Assembly (NCBI GenBank): GCA_965178125.1
Contig: OZ237759.1
Location: 744,001 to 808,000 of the forward strand
Length of the DNA stretch: 64,000 nt
Direction: 5' to 3'
Source of the DNA: Bilabrum cf. latius
Lineage: Eukaryota
Shown: in pieces, positions 49,391 to 61,700 of the stretch
How the letters are laid out: the number at the start of each line of letters is the position of its first letter
Position numbering within the stretch: the stretch's first letter is position 1
The notes under the pieces: model-generated
What the model was told of the DNA's origin: nothing
The model's database searches: none
Seen by the model: the letters and a program-made list of their open reading frames with translations, nothing else
Translations under genes and position numbers: made by a program

Positions 49391-50511
49391 CGGACCGGCA
49401 GGAGAATCAGAGCCAGAGGCTTCACGCTTGAGCCCTTTGACAGGCGTCGATGATGCTGTTGCTGCCTGCGATACATAAAATCAGAAGCAGACAGAGGCTG
49501 CATACATACTAACGTAACATGCTCTGCTGCACGAGTGCCGAATTCCCCTCACCATTGTGCCTGAATTTGCTTCGCGAATGCGTCGGGAAATTCAAGCTGC
49601 ACCTGTTTACGGAACCTGCCAGCGAACGCCGCGCATTCGGGATCGGATCAAATTTGAAGCAGAAACGAGTCGAATCATCAGCGATGATGCAGCTGGCAGC
49701 GTCGGAGCTTGAAAAAGTATGTTCTCATAGAAACTATTCCTGTTTCCTCTTGCTGTGTGTGTCTGCTAGCGATGCTTAGCCAGCAGCTCACTGGCAGGAG
49801 CTGATGGCTGGCAGATGCTACCCACAGATTTTGCATAGTCGTTGACTCTAGGGCCCATTCCGTGATACCAATGCGCACTAATCATCATTTAACGCTCCTG
49901 TTCGGGCACCTGCAGAATCGCTGCTGCTCCGCCTCACCCGCCCAACGACAACAGCAGTCGTCGTCCAGGTCGTCATGCCTTCCCTCATCGCTCACATCAC
50001 CGCGTGATATCATTGAAGCTACTATTCCCCAATCTTAAAGCGATAACTCCCTGTTTGCCTCGATCTCAGCGCAAAAAGCGTCGCCGGAGTCGTCGAACAT
50101 ATGACTTCAACATGCATGTGCATGAGAGACGTCCGTGCACGGCGTCTGAACGATGCCTATGCCATGTATTTTAAACAGAACTACATCCTAGACCAGTTCA
50201 CATTGACCTGTGGCTTAATCTTCACCCAGAAGACGAGTATCTGCTGCATAATGCGTTGTTCCGGCTTTTCAGTTGAGGATCGGATCAATATGCTGATGCA
50301 CTTTGGTGGCGTTTCTGCAACTCCTGTCACTGTTACGCGTTCGATAGAACTGTTTCCATTGCCATCTGCTTTTGAGACTGGATTGTGCTCGTTCCATCAC
50401 TTTGGAGTGGAATCAAGTCGAATAGTCACCAAAGTCGGCGAACTATCAATAGTACCGGCCAAACTGCAACAGGAGCTCGTGTCACAGCGGCTGAAGGGTG
50501 TATACCATCGC

Positions 50512-53500
50512 ATGGCCGACACAAAACATCATACTACTGCTTATGTTCCAGAAGGTCCTTGGAAGCTTGCTGGTGAGCTCAGTCCAAGTCCTACCACGGA
50601 TGGAACGCAAGCCGGCGAGCTGTTGCAAGCATCAGCGGCGCGGGACGAAACAGTACATCCTAGCTCCGGCAAGAACGCAAGTGAAGCTCATAGATCAAAT
50701 TCCCCAAATGCTTCGAGTCGAAATGCTGCATAGCCTCCGTTTCTGATCGAGGAGATTGACAGCGCTGCTGCTCAGGTGCATGCAAGGCTGCTGCGCAAGG
50801 CTGGCGCGAGCAGGACCGGCGATGCATCTTCTTTAAAGTCTAAGAGGATGCGATACGGCCAACACGAACCTGAACCATTCACTCGCGGTCAATTCAGCCT
50901 ATCAGTGGCTGGGCAAGGGGGAAGACGGGCCTCGAGCGGGCAACTGCTAGCGGCCCTTGGTCCCGGCCGGGGGGCTGCTCATGCGTCTCCCTCAACCCCC
51001 TCTTTCACCAGGCAAGGGTCGGCCCGCACCCTGGCATCAGAAGAGGGGGAATATGATGGAGATGGTAACGTGTCTTCTATCGATTGCTCGGATGATGACG
51101 AAGATGATGCAGCATGCTATGGTGCTGGGCGAGACCGCAGCCCGGGGGCAAACCACGGCAGCACGGGAAGCGGGGCACGAGATCAGCGGCAAGGGGGCGG
51201 CAGGAGCAGAAGCAGGAGCAGAAGCAGGAGCTCGTATACCTCCAGACCGACAGGCTCGCCTCAGTCTGGGACGTCCTTGCGCCGGTCTAGATCGCGCTCG
51301 TCACACTCGCCGACGCAATCACCCACAGGATCTGCGAGCGCCAAGAGCAGGGACGTGTCTCCATCCTCGGGGTCGTCTAGCACAAGGGGTGGCCAAACTG
51401 GCGCCAGATCCCCGCTGCGGCGCCAGGCCTAGGCCTTCAACGACCAGGAAGGAATGCCCCAAGTGGCTAACTCGGTCGATCACACGCAAGGGACTCAGCT
51501 GCCTTCATCCGCGGCCGACAAAGCGACCTGCTCGGGCACGGGGAACTCCGGCTCCGAATCGGCGAGCCCCAGCAGTTGCGATAATGACGAGTGCAATGGT
51601 ACTGTGGGCGTTGTGGGCATGGGTCTGGCCATCCGGCTGGGCTCACAGCCGGCCGTGCACCCAAGCCAGCTGGGGTCTCCTCTCGCTGGGTCTGATGCTG
51701 GCAGGGACGACGACGCCGATGCAGTGCCCATCGGGCCCATCAGCAGAGGCAGCGCTGCAAGCCCAGTGCAGTGGGACTGTCCAGTGCGTGTGTCTACGGA
51801 GGCACTGTCCCCGAAGAACAAGGAGGGTGCATTGCATGGCAGTGCCGATCGAAGGCTATGGTCGGAGAGCCGTGCCCCGGACGGAGAGACCCCGATGACG
51901 AGCATGCCCGCTGCCCCCAGCGAGTCGGGAGGGGGCACGATCAGGTCCAGGACAGGCACCACCATCGCCGCTGGGACCGGCCTCAAGAGCGGGCGGTTTT
52001 TCGCGAGAGAGCCCAGGGCCGAGTCCCCTTGGAGCCGAGGCAGCGGGACAGAGACGGACACGACTGAGATGTCCGGGCTGTACCCCGGGGGATGGGGGAC
52101 CTCTGGCAGGGAACAAGGTGACAGTCGAGGGGCAGAGCAACACGGCTCCGAGTTTGTGGAGGAGCATATTTGTGTGACGAGTGTGCTGGACTATGGGTAC
52201 GGGGACGGCGACTCCAGAGGGCCAGTGGAGGAGGAGGACGGTGATAGCGTGCGCTTTGTCCAGTCGTGGGTCACCAATGACGCAGATATGTCGGAGGGTG
52301 CGCATTCAAGGCAGGAGGATCTCGGTCGCAGCGAAGCCCACTCGAGATAGGAAGGCTTGGATCGCGGCTACAACGATCCCACTCGGGGCCGACAGCTCGT
52401 GGACCACACGGCAGAACAGGGCATCGGCCATGGTGCAGATGAGGTACACCAAGACTTGGGAGTGACTGGCGACAGCTACACCACGGGCCCAAGCTTCGTG
52501 ACGAGTGCCAACGATGGTGACACACTGAACACAGCCGGGACCTCGCTTATTGAGAAAAGAGCATTGCACTGCAGCGGGACCGGTAAGGACGACATGGAAC
52601 ATCAGCCGGGGAAGAAGTGCCTTCCCGAGTTGTCTCTCGGGTTCCTTTGGGCCGGGCAGAGGGGAAATGCAGGAGAGCGATGTGACGAGTGGGCCTCCCC
52701 CATCGGTGCGAGTGGGAGTGGCCAAACAGGCGGCGAGTTCGGGCCGCACTCGCCCGGTAGCGGCAGCCAAGGGGGCTCAGGGGCAGGGAACAGCAGCCAT
52801 GGGGCCATGGCCGCCCTGCAGCACGCCGTGGATCGGATGGCTCACGGCAGCGACATCGAAGGCAAGCAGGGGTAGACTGACTGCAGCCCTGGAGCGCGCA
52901 GCGGCGCTGGGAAATTGGGTCCTTTCAGGGGTGCGCACGCGGGTTTACCCACTCTCGCCTCTGCCCTAGAGGTGTTTCGCCTCTTTGCCCAGGTGGGCGC
53001 CGGATCTTCCACCGAGCAGGCGCTCATGTCCGTCCTCGGCCTCCTGCGGCGGCCCAGGGTGGCTCACAGTGTGACGAGTGATGTATGCACGAGAGAGGAG
53101 GACAACGTCCAGATGGAGCGACAGCTGGACAGCACAGGAGGAGAACCGGAAGTCGTCTGGTCGAGCGAGGGCTCGCCAGACGCTGAGTTGCTGGGCGTGG
53201 CAGCAGCATACGAGGTGGCATGCACCGTGGGCAGCGTCACACTCAAAGCGGCCGTGGCGGATGCGCTGCTGGGCACAGTGTGCGGGGCTGATAGTGCCGC
53301 CCCCCTGCCAGGCGCAGTGCACTGCGGTGCATTCGCCGGCCCGTCCACCGGCTCGCCTCCTGCCGCAGTGCACTGCGGTGCATTCGCCGGCCCGTCCACC
53401 GGCTCGCCTCCTGCGGCTCCCTTGGACCATTCCGCGGATTCCGTGGCCGAGACTCTTGGCGGCCCGGTGGCATGTTCCCGCAACTTCCGATCCCATGGCG

Positions 53501-55596
53501 ATGCCCCGCTCCAGGCACAGAGCTAGTGCAGTCCGCAGGGAACAAGAGGATCTCCGGTCGCGGAGGAGCTAATCAGCTCGCACTGCGACACCGTGGACGG
53601 CGCGTTCGCACAGTTCGCCAAGCAACACGCGCCTGCAGCGGAGCAACCGGGACCGGGGTGGCTGGCGAGAAGCAGCCAGCCGGGCTCCGCACGAACCCTG
53701 CAGGCCGGCTTCACGGCAGGTTGTGCCGCATAGGACAGCGAGGCCACGCATGGACCGAACCCAGGTGCAGCCATAGGCTCGATGGGGTGGGCTCGGCCGG
53801 CGTGGGAGGTGCCTGCGGTCGACCCCTATCAGTTCCGCGAGAGCCAGGAGGGCGGCAGGCCAGGCCACGTCCGGTACCAGCACCATTTGGCGCCTTGCCT
53901 GTTGGCCAGAGTGGTGGATCTGCAGGCGCACAGAGCTGGGAGGATGCAGGTGGAGGCGGCTCGGCGGGAGATGGAGGGGCAGCTCAGGAGGTACCTGAGG
54001 GGGCAGCAGGTGCACTGCACGCAAGTGCACTCAGACTCCGAGGGGGGCGTCAGTAGCAGCTGGTAGGCCGCTGCATGTACCCATCACCCAGCCGAGCATC
54101 ATCATCCCGCGGGTCACTACCAAGATGGGTATGCCAAAGGGAGAGGAGGCGAGCACGGTGGGATTCCCCCGGAGTACTCGTACGGCCAGTTCCAGGGAAC
54201 AGTAGCGAATGTTGACGATGACATCCACGCGGCAGACGAGGAGGCCATGCGGACGCTGGGTCTGAGCGGGGTAGCTGCCTCGATGGGGACGAAGGGAAGC
54301 GGCAGGGAGGGCACGGGGGCAGAGGGGAAGGGAAGCGGCAGAGAGGGCACGGGGGCAGAGGGGAAGCAAGGCAGCCGTAGCACCATCGATGGAGACGATC
54401 GAGACACGGGTCACGGGTACAGGGGGGGCATATCTGCTACCGATCCGCAGATGGACCGCTACGATCCATCGGTGCGGCACAATGGAGAATCGAGCGGGTC
54501 TCAAGGGAACGAACCAGGGAACAAACCAGGGAACAAATGGTTCCTGGCGGCTCGTGTACCTCCCCCCTGCGACACCGACGAGTCAACCAGCCAGGAAGAA
54601 CGCAAGGAGCAGCAGGACGGGCTAGACTGGAACGGGCATGACTCGGATAGGTCGATGCATGAAGCTACCCGCGGCGAGGGCATGATGGTGACCACTGTGG
54701 GGGGGACACGGGGACTGCTGCCCGTCTCACGCACCGGCATCGACCCGGCGACAGGGGGGCTGGTCATCGGAGGGCGCTTCCAGACAGCTCACGGGATGGG
54801 CAAGAGCGGTTGCAACCCCGTGCCAGCGGATGCTTGCAATCGCCCTGCAGTGTCAGACCCACGGCCACGGTGTGGCTCGGCCCCCGCTGGTACCAGCGGC
54901 GGCGGCCCGACCCATGCCCTGCGCCGCAGCTCCTTGGACCCGTTATCCTCCGGGGAGAGCTTGGGATCGCCAGGGCCCGCCAGGCTCTTCGGGCCCAGGA
55001 GGAACAGACAGGTCCTCGGGATGCAGTGTGACGAGCGAAGAGCCTCCTGTCTGCAGTGCCACCAGCTGCGGCTGCGGCTGCAGACCGTGCGTGCCACCCA
55101 CCGCGCGCGCGTCAGGGCACTGAAGCGGGATATGGGCGCGGCAGCAGAGGCCATAGAAGACCTCAGAATGGCACTTAGAGTGGCGCGCAGGCGACGAAGC
55201 AGCGGGAGCAAATCGGCGAAATAGGATACCAACGGAAAGGCCATGTCGGAGCCGGGACATGCCGGTGGGGCGAGATGCCATGGCGAAAGTATAAATTACG
55301 CCCAGCCCTCGTACCGACAGCCGGACGAGAACGAGGACGAAGAGGGGGAGGAGGGCGGTGAGCCGTTCGATGCCAAAGACGAGGCCATCGAGGAGCTGAG
55401 AGCCATGTGCGCATTCCTGCGCTCAGAGATTCGCGCCGAGCGTCGGGCGGCTAGGAAGAGAGAGAGGCTAGGCGCTCGCCTGCTGGCAGAGAACGCCGCT
55501 CACTTCGCGCTGCAGGAGCACCGGATGGCGACGGCGTGCCGAGCGCTGGTGCAGTGGGTCGCGCGGTCGGGCGATGCGAGCGAACAAGTCTGCTGA
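50512..55596 (+). CDS. Very large disordered hypothetical protein (~1690 aa; start uncertain, frame open from 50101), 8 in-frame TAG
   Basis: ORFs at 50101, 50776, 51454, 52357, 52915, 53782, 54247 and 55243 are all in the same frame and each ends in TAG except the last (TGA). The C-terminus is coiled-coil-like. Confidence 0.72.
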
Positions 55597-55644
55597 CCGC
55601 TAATTATGCAGAATACTGCTATTCATACTGTCGATTCCTGCAAT

Positions 55645-56238
55645 TTATAAGCCATTGTCTTTCCCGCTGGTTCCGACCTCGAGCTCCAGCTCCCGGACCC
55701 GCCTCGACAGAATTTCCACGACTCGAACCAGGCGAGCCACGTCGTCCTGCGCCTTGTCTAACTGTGCAGCGAGTATTCTATTATCGGACCTAACCTAGCC
55801 TGTTTTCAGGTCCACGTGCTCTTTGATGCCGGCCACTTCGGACGTCACACGAGCCGCTAAGTCCTCTCCGGTGCCTCGAATCGCATCCTCCTGTCGGTCA
55901 AGCCGCTCGGTCATTCCGTTGATTTCGATCCTGTGCTAATCGATAGATGCGTCGTGCTCCGCAGCTCTGGTTCTCAGTCTGCTCACTACATCTCGCAACC
56001 TTGAGCCGCCATCGTCCAGAGGAGCCGCACTCTCGTGCGAGCGGGCGGTGGCTGAAAAGCCCGTTCGACTGAAGGCAGACGGTGACTACATAAAACTCCA
56101 CAGCAAATCCGCCCGATGTATTCCGGAGAACTTTTGCTATTCTGCGCGCCCACCCGATTGGAGGAGAAGCGAGTACGGCGTCACTATCCGGCTCCGAATC
56201 GCCGAAAAAGAGCCGTTCACATGACGACAACAATTCAT
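55645..56238 (-). CDS. Hypothetical coiled-coil protein (197 aa), 4 in-frame TAG, ends in TAA; absent from the ORF track
   Basis: MNCCRHVNGSFSAIRSRIVTPYSLLLQ...DASID*HRIEINGMTERLDRQEDAIR...ILSRRVRELELEVGTSGKDNGL-TAA. Confidence 0.62.
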
Positions 56239-56408
56239 CGATTCCCGATAGCTATGGCTGCATCAAGTAACGCTCTAAATCTTGCTCTGAAATACGCAGC
56301 ATTTAGTCTGTACACTATCGATTATCAGCTAGACGCTCACGCCCGCGCACACGCCACACACAAAACATAATCACGGCTTGGCCAAACACCCACCGCACCC
56401 TCTCCCCC

Positions 56409-58499
56409 TCACTGCCTCTCGCCACCGCCCCCCCGGCCCTGCTCGCCCTCTCTGAAGCCCTCCCAGTCCCCGGGCACCTCCACCACCCTGGCCTCCTCCT
56501 CCTCACCACTTACCCACGCCACCCTCCCGCCCCGGCCCCCCCTGCTGACGGGCCGCGCACCGGCAGGCGCGCCCATACCCCCCATCACAGGGGCCTGCGA
56601 CGGCCGGCTGGCACCCCCCACGCCGCTCCCACCCGCCTGTTTGCCCACCCCCTGCTCCGCCTCGATGACTGCCTCTGCCCTCCCGAGCCCCTTGTTCACG
56701 TAGACCGCCCTGGCCTCCGAGAAACCGGTGCTCTTAGCCTGCAGCTCGCTGAGCTTGTCCTGCAGCACCTGCTCGAACAGGGCGCGGTTCACCTGCGCGC
56801 CGCCCCGGCCGTACGCAGCGCCCTGCACACCCAGCATGAGCTTGGAGATGGCGCGCCCGCTCATCCCCTCCGTCAAACCCGCTACCTCCTCCCAGTACGC
56901 GTCCGTGAAATCGTCCCCCTCGATCGACAGCCGGGCAGCGGAGGGCCGCCCCAGCCCGAACAACACACCAGGTGCGTCCTTCCCCGCGTCCCTCACGTAC
57001 TCCTGAAAGTACTTCTTGAGGAGCGCCACCCTCTCCTGTTCCCCGGGCAGCTCGAAGTGCAGGGCCTCATCCACCCTGTCCCCCACGGCGCTGTCGAGGT
57101 CCTCGGGCCGGTTGGTCGCGAGGACCAGCATGATGTCCCGGGAGGCCTCTCCTGTCCTGGCCAGCACGGCATTCAGGGCGTTCCTCTGCTCCTCGCTCAT
57201 GCCCTGCCTCGCTCTCGAGCTCAAAAAGGCATCGGCCTCGTCGATGAACAGCAGCAGCCCGCGGCGGGTGGTGCTCGACCAGTCGAACAGCTTGTGCAGC
57301 TCGGTCACGGCCTCTCTGCCCAGCGGCCCCACGTCTCCGCCCGTCATGAGTGCATAGTCCATCCCGGAGCTGAGCGCGAGTCGCTTGGCGAGCATGGTCT
57401 TGCCAGTCCCCGGGGGTCCGTAGAACAGAGCGTGCCTGAACGGGGCGCCAAACTTGCGGGTGCTGGCAGTGGCCGCCGCCAGCTCCGTCACCCTTCGATC
57501 CAGAGACTTGTCGAGGATCACGCCGGAGATGCCCGTCTCGGCCGGAGGAGCCATGCCCAGCCTGCGCATCAGCATGCGCCTGATCCCGAAATGTCCGGCG
57601 GTGCGGGAGGTCTCGCGGACGAGCTGGGGCTTGAACAGACGTGCCTCCAGCACCCTGCGGGCCACCCTCGTTCCCTCCCGCATGCCGTAGATGCCGGCCG
57701 CCACCGCGGTCACGCCCAGCACCGCTGCGCCCATCTTCTCCCGGTCGCCCAGGAAGCCCCCCATCTGGGAGCCTAGGGAAGAGAAGAACGTTTGTACCGC
57801 TTCTTTGACTTGCTTGACGCGCTGCTCGCCCTTGAGCTGGATCTGCTTCGCGTAGATGTCCTCGTTCTGCCGCATCTCCTCGATGCGCCCAGCTGCCTCG
57901 GCGTTGGCGCGGGCGACGATGTTCTCGCGTTCCAGGGCGGCGCGATGCTCATCGGATCGCCGACGTTCTGCCTAAATCTATTCTTCAGTCTATCGTCTCA
58001 TGTGTTCTCGCTCCATAGCCGCAGCATTTTGCTGACGAACAAGCTCCGCGTTGCGTTTCCTTGCCATTTCATCTTCAAATTGCATTTGCTACCTCTTTGC
58101 TTGCATTCTTTCTTGTTCTAATTGCTACGATGGATGTGAATTGGATGACAGTCATAAAAATGCATGCGTTTCCTGGCACAGACGCAGACAAAGTCGACTG
58201 ATCCAGCAAGGACAGGGACCCCGTCTTGAGCGCCCTCGCTCTACTATATCACTCACTCTTGCCATTTGCATACGATGCTCCTCTGTTTTGCGCTACTCTT
58301 CATACTTTACACGTTCCATTGATACTTGGGCTTCAGCCTGCCTGGCCCGCGCGGTCTCTTGCTCCGTTTCATATTTCTTGTTCTTCAACGCCTGCTCCCT
58401 TCGGGACAGTTCAATCGCAGTCTTTGAGTTCCTTGATGATTCAAGCTATCTTGCGAACTTTGCTGCTCGTTCAAGGGCATCCGCATCAAAATTGGACAT
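56409..58499 (-). CDS. ATAD3: ATPase family AAA domain-containing protein 3 (mitochondrial); intron 58125-58256; 6 in-frame TAG
   Basis: N-terminus MSNFDADALERAAK, coiled coil TEE*I*AERR, KPQLVRETSR, FYGPPGTGKT, MTGGDVGPLG, LLFIDEADAFL, LATNRPEDLD and GMSGRAISKL; ends at TGA. Confidence 0.93.
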
Positions 58500-58642
58500 G
58501 AATCACGAGGCTCACGGATCGTGCCGTCGTGCGTGGTCCAGCCTGAAGCGCCACAGTGTACTGCATCCAATGCGGAGCCCCAAATTGTATCACATTTCTC
58601 GATTCGCCAGCATCAGAACATATTTTTGGGCCCTTGGTTGCG

Positions 58643-61588
58643 ATGCGACTGTTATTATTGATCCTATGTGTCGTTCTTGGTTGCTTGCGGCTGGCCTCGA
58701 CACGCACTATGACTGGAATGGAGCATGTCACAAAGCACATCGAGCGTGAAACCCAGGAAGCCAACGTGCTTAAGCAGAAGATACAAAGCCTATCCAGCTT
58801 TAAGATAAGCGGCAATACAAATAAGCAAGGAGTTGGAACAGGCGATCCGATTCAGGCAGACATTGGACCAAATGGTGACATACACAATACCGATTCCCAC
58901 GCAAATGGGGTGGAGCAGACCCAACCTAAAACCAAGACAGATACAAACACAGCCCCAACCTCTGCTGAGCCCGGTCAAGCTGAGGAAGCAAGGCAAGCTG
59001 AGGAGGCCAGAATCGCTGAGGAGGCCAGAATCGCTGAGGAGGCCAGGCAAGCTGAGGAAGCCAGAATCGCTGAGGAGGCCAGAATCGCTGAGGAAGCAAG
59101 GCAAGCTGAGGAGGCCAGAATCAATGAGGAGGCCAGGCAAGCTGGGGAGGCCAGGCAAGCTGAGGAGGCAAGAATCGCTGAGGAGGCCAGAATCGCTGAG
59201 GAAGCCAGGCAAGCTGAGGAAGCCAGGCAAGCTGAGGAAGGCAGGCAAGCTGAGGAGGCCAGAATCGCTGAGGAGGCCAGAATCGCTGAGGAGGCCAGAA
59301 TCGCTGAGGAGGCCAGAATCGCTGAGGAGGCCAGAATCGCTGAGGAGGCCAGGCAAGCTGGGGAGGCCAGGCAAGCTGAGGAGGCCAGAATCGCTGAGGA
59401 GGCCAGAATCGCTGAGGAGGCCAGGCAAGATGGGGAGGCCAGAATCGCTGAGGAGGCCAGAATCGCTGAAGAGGCCAGAATCGCTGAGGAGGCAAGAATC
59501 GCTGAGGAGGCCAGAATCGCTGAGGAGGCCAGAATCGCTGAGGAGGCCAGGCAAGATGGGGAGGCCAGAATCGCTGAGGAGGCCAGAATCGCTGAAGAGG
59601 CCAGAATCGCTGAGGAGGCCAGAATCGCTGAGGAGGCCAGAATCGCTGAGGAGGCCAGAATCGCTGAGGAGGCCAGAATCGCTGAGGAGGCCAGAATCGC
59701 TGAGGAGGCCAGGCAAGATGGGGAGGCCAGAATCGCTGAGGAGGCCAGAATCGCTGAGGAAGCCAGGCAAGCTGAGGAAGCCAGGCAAGCTGAGGAAGGC
59801 AGGCAAGCTGAGGAGGCCAGAATCGCTGAGGAGGCCAGAATCGCTGAGGAGGCCAGGCAAGCTGAGGAGGCCAGAATCGCTGAGGAAGCCAGGCAAGCTG
59901 AGGAAGCCAGGCAAGCTGAGGAAGGCAGGCAAGCTGAGGAGGCCAGAATCGCTGAGGAGGCCAGAATCGCTGAGGAGGCCAGGCAAGCTGAGGAGGCCAG
60001 AATCGCTGAGGAGGCCAGAATCGCTGAAGAGGCCAGAATCGCTGAGGAGGCCAGAATCGCTGAGGAGGCCAGAATCGCTGAGGAGGCCAGAATCGCTGAG
60101 GAGGCCAGGCAAGCTGGGGAGGCCAGGCAAGCTGAGGAGGCAAGAATCGCTGAGGAGGCCAGAATCGCTGAGGAAGCCAGGCAAGCTGAGGAAGCCAGGC
60201 AAGCTGAGGAAGGCAGGCAAGCTGAGGAGGCCAGAATCGCTGAGGAGGCCAGAATCGCTGAGGAGGCCAGGCAAGCTGAGGAGGCCAGAATCGCTGAGGA
60301 GGCCAGAATCGCTGAAGAGGCCAGAATCGCTGAGGAGGCCAGAATCGCTGAGGAGGCCAGAATCGCTGAGGAGGCCAGAATCGCTGAGGAGGCCAGGCAA
60401 GATGGGGAGGCCAGAATCGCTGAGGAGGCCAGAATCGCTGAAGAGGCCAGAATCGCTGAGGAGGCCAGAATCGCTGAGGAGGCCAGAATCGCTGAGGAGG
60501 CCAGAATCGCTGAGGAGGCCAGAATCGCTGAGGAGGCCAGAATCGCTGAGGAGGCCAGGCAAGATGGGGAGGCCAGAATCGCTGAGGAGGCCAGAATCGC
60601 TGAAGAGGCCAGAATCGCTGAGGAGGCCAGAATCGCTGAGGAGGCCAGAATCGCTGAGGAGGCCAGAATCGCTGAGGAGGCCAGAATCGCTGAGGAGGCC
60701 AGAATCGCTGAGGAGGCCAGAATCGCTGAGGAGGCCAGAATCGCTGAGGAGGCCAGAATCGCTGAGGAGGCCAGAATCGCTGAGGAGGCCAGAATCGCTG
60801 AGGAGGCAAGAATCGCTGAGGAGGCCAGAATCGCTGAGGAGGCCAGAATCGCTGAGGAGGCCAGAATCGCTGAGGAGGCCAGAATCGCTGAGGAGGCCAG
60901 AATCGCTGAGGAGGCCAGAATCGCTGAGGAGGCAAGAATCGCTGAGGAGGCAAGAATCGCTGAGGAGGCAAGAATCGCTGAGGAGGCCAGAATCGCTGAG
61001 GAGGCCAGAATCGCTGAGGAGGCCAGAATCGCTGAGGAGGCCAGAATCGCTGAGGAGGCCAGAATCGCTGAGGAGGCCAGGCAAGCCGAGGAGGCAAGAA
61101 TCGCTGAGGAGGCAAGAATCGCTGAGGAGGCCGAGAAGGCGGGAATTTTTCCGTCTGTTTGGGATGTTGAGCACAGTAAGGAGAAGGCTGGGCAATACTG
61201 GAACGCTGTCTCTGGATACTATGGGGACGTTACTCGGAGCGTTATGGGCGCAGTCTCAGAGTTGGCTGGATAGTTGTCGTCTGCAGTTGGGTACTTTTGG
61301 CGGCAAAGGCGGGCTATCGGTGTACTATTGGGGATTTGTGCTATGGCAGCCGGCATGGTTTGGGTGATCGTCCGAGTGTGCTGCAGCAGGCCTGCTGCCA
61401 GGCGCGCGGGTGGGTCGGGAGCTGGCTCCCGGCAAGTTGCTAGGAGCCCTAGTAGTGGTCCATTTGACCGTGGCAGCCAGTGGGATGAATACCTGGACGA
61501 GTCACAGGCGTGGGAGAGTGGCATGGGGAAGAAGCCGGCTGTGGCTTACCAGGGGGTGGTAAAAGTGGGAGCAGGCGGGGTAGGCTGA
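58643..61588 (+). CDS. Signal-peptide protein with ~120 AEEAR(I/Q) repeats and a C-terminal TM helix reached through TAG at 61271
   Basis: N-terminus MRLLLLILCVVLGCLRLAS. ORF 58556..61273 (TAG) abuts in-frame ORF 61274..61588, which contains IGVLLGICAMAAGMVWVIV and ends at TGA. Confidence 0.8.
58979..61133 (+). repeat. 18-bp coding tandem repeat (GCTGAGGAGGCCAGAATC / ...AGGCAA)
   Basis: Directly visible, with higher-order blocks of variant units. Confidence 0.97.
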
Positions 61589-61700
61589 AAGCTGATGGAA
61601 TTGACGCGAGTTGGGGTTCAACTCTGAGATAAAATACCAGATCTCCAGCGAAGCAATGCTATCTTGAATAGATATGGATGTATCTGACAAATCTCACGAA

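Noticed and set aside
49500-50500. Possible small spliced gene, or upstream exons of the 50-55 kb gene
   Set aside because: Splice-like signals exist, but I could not build a convincing model.
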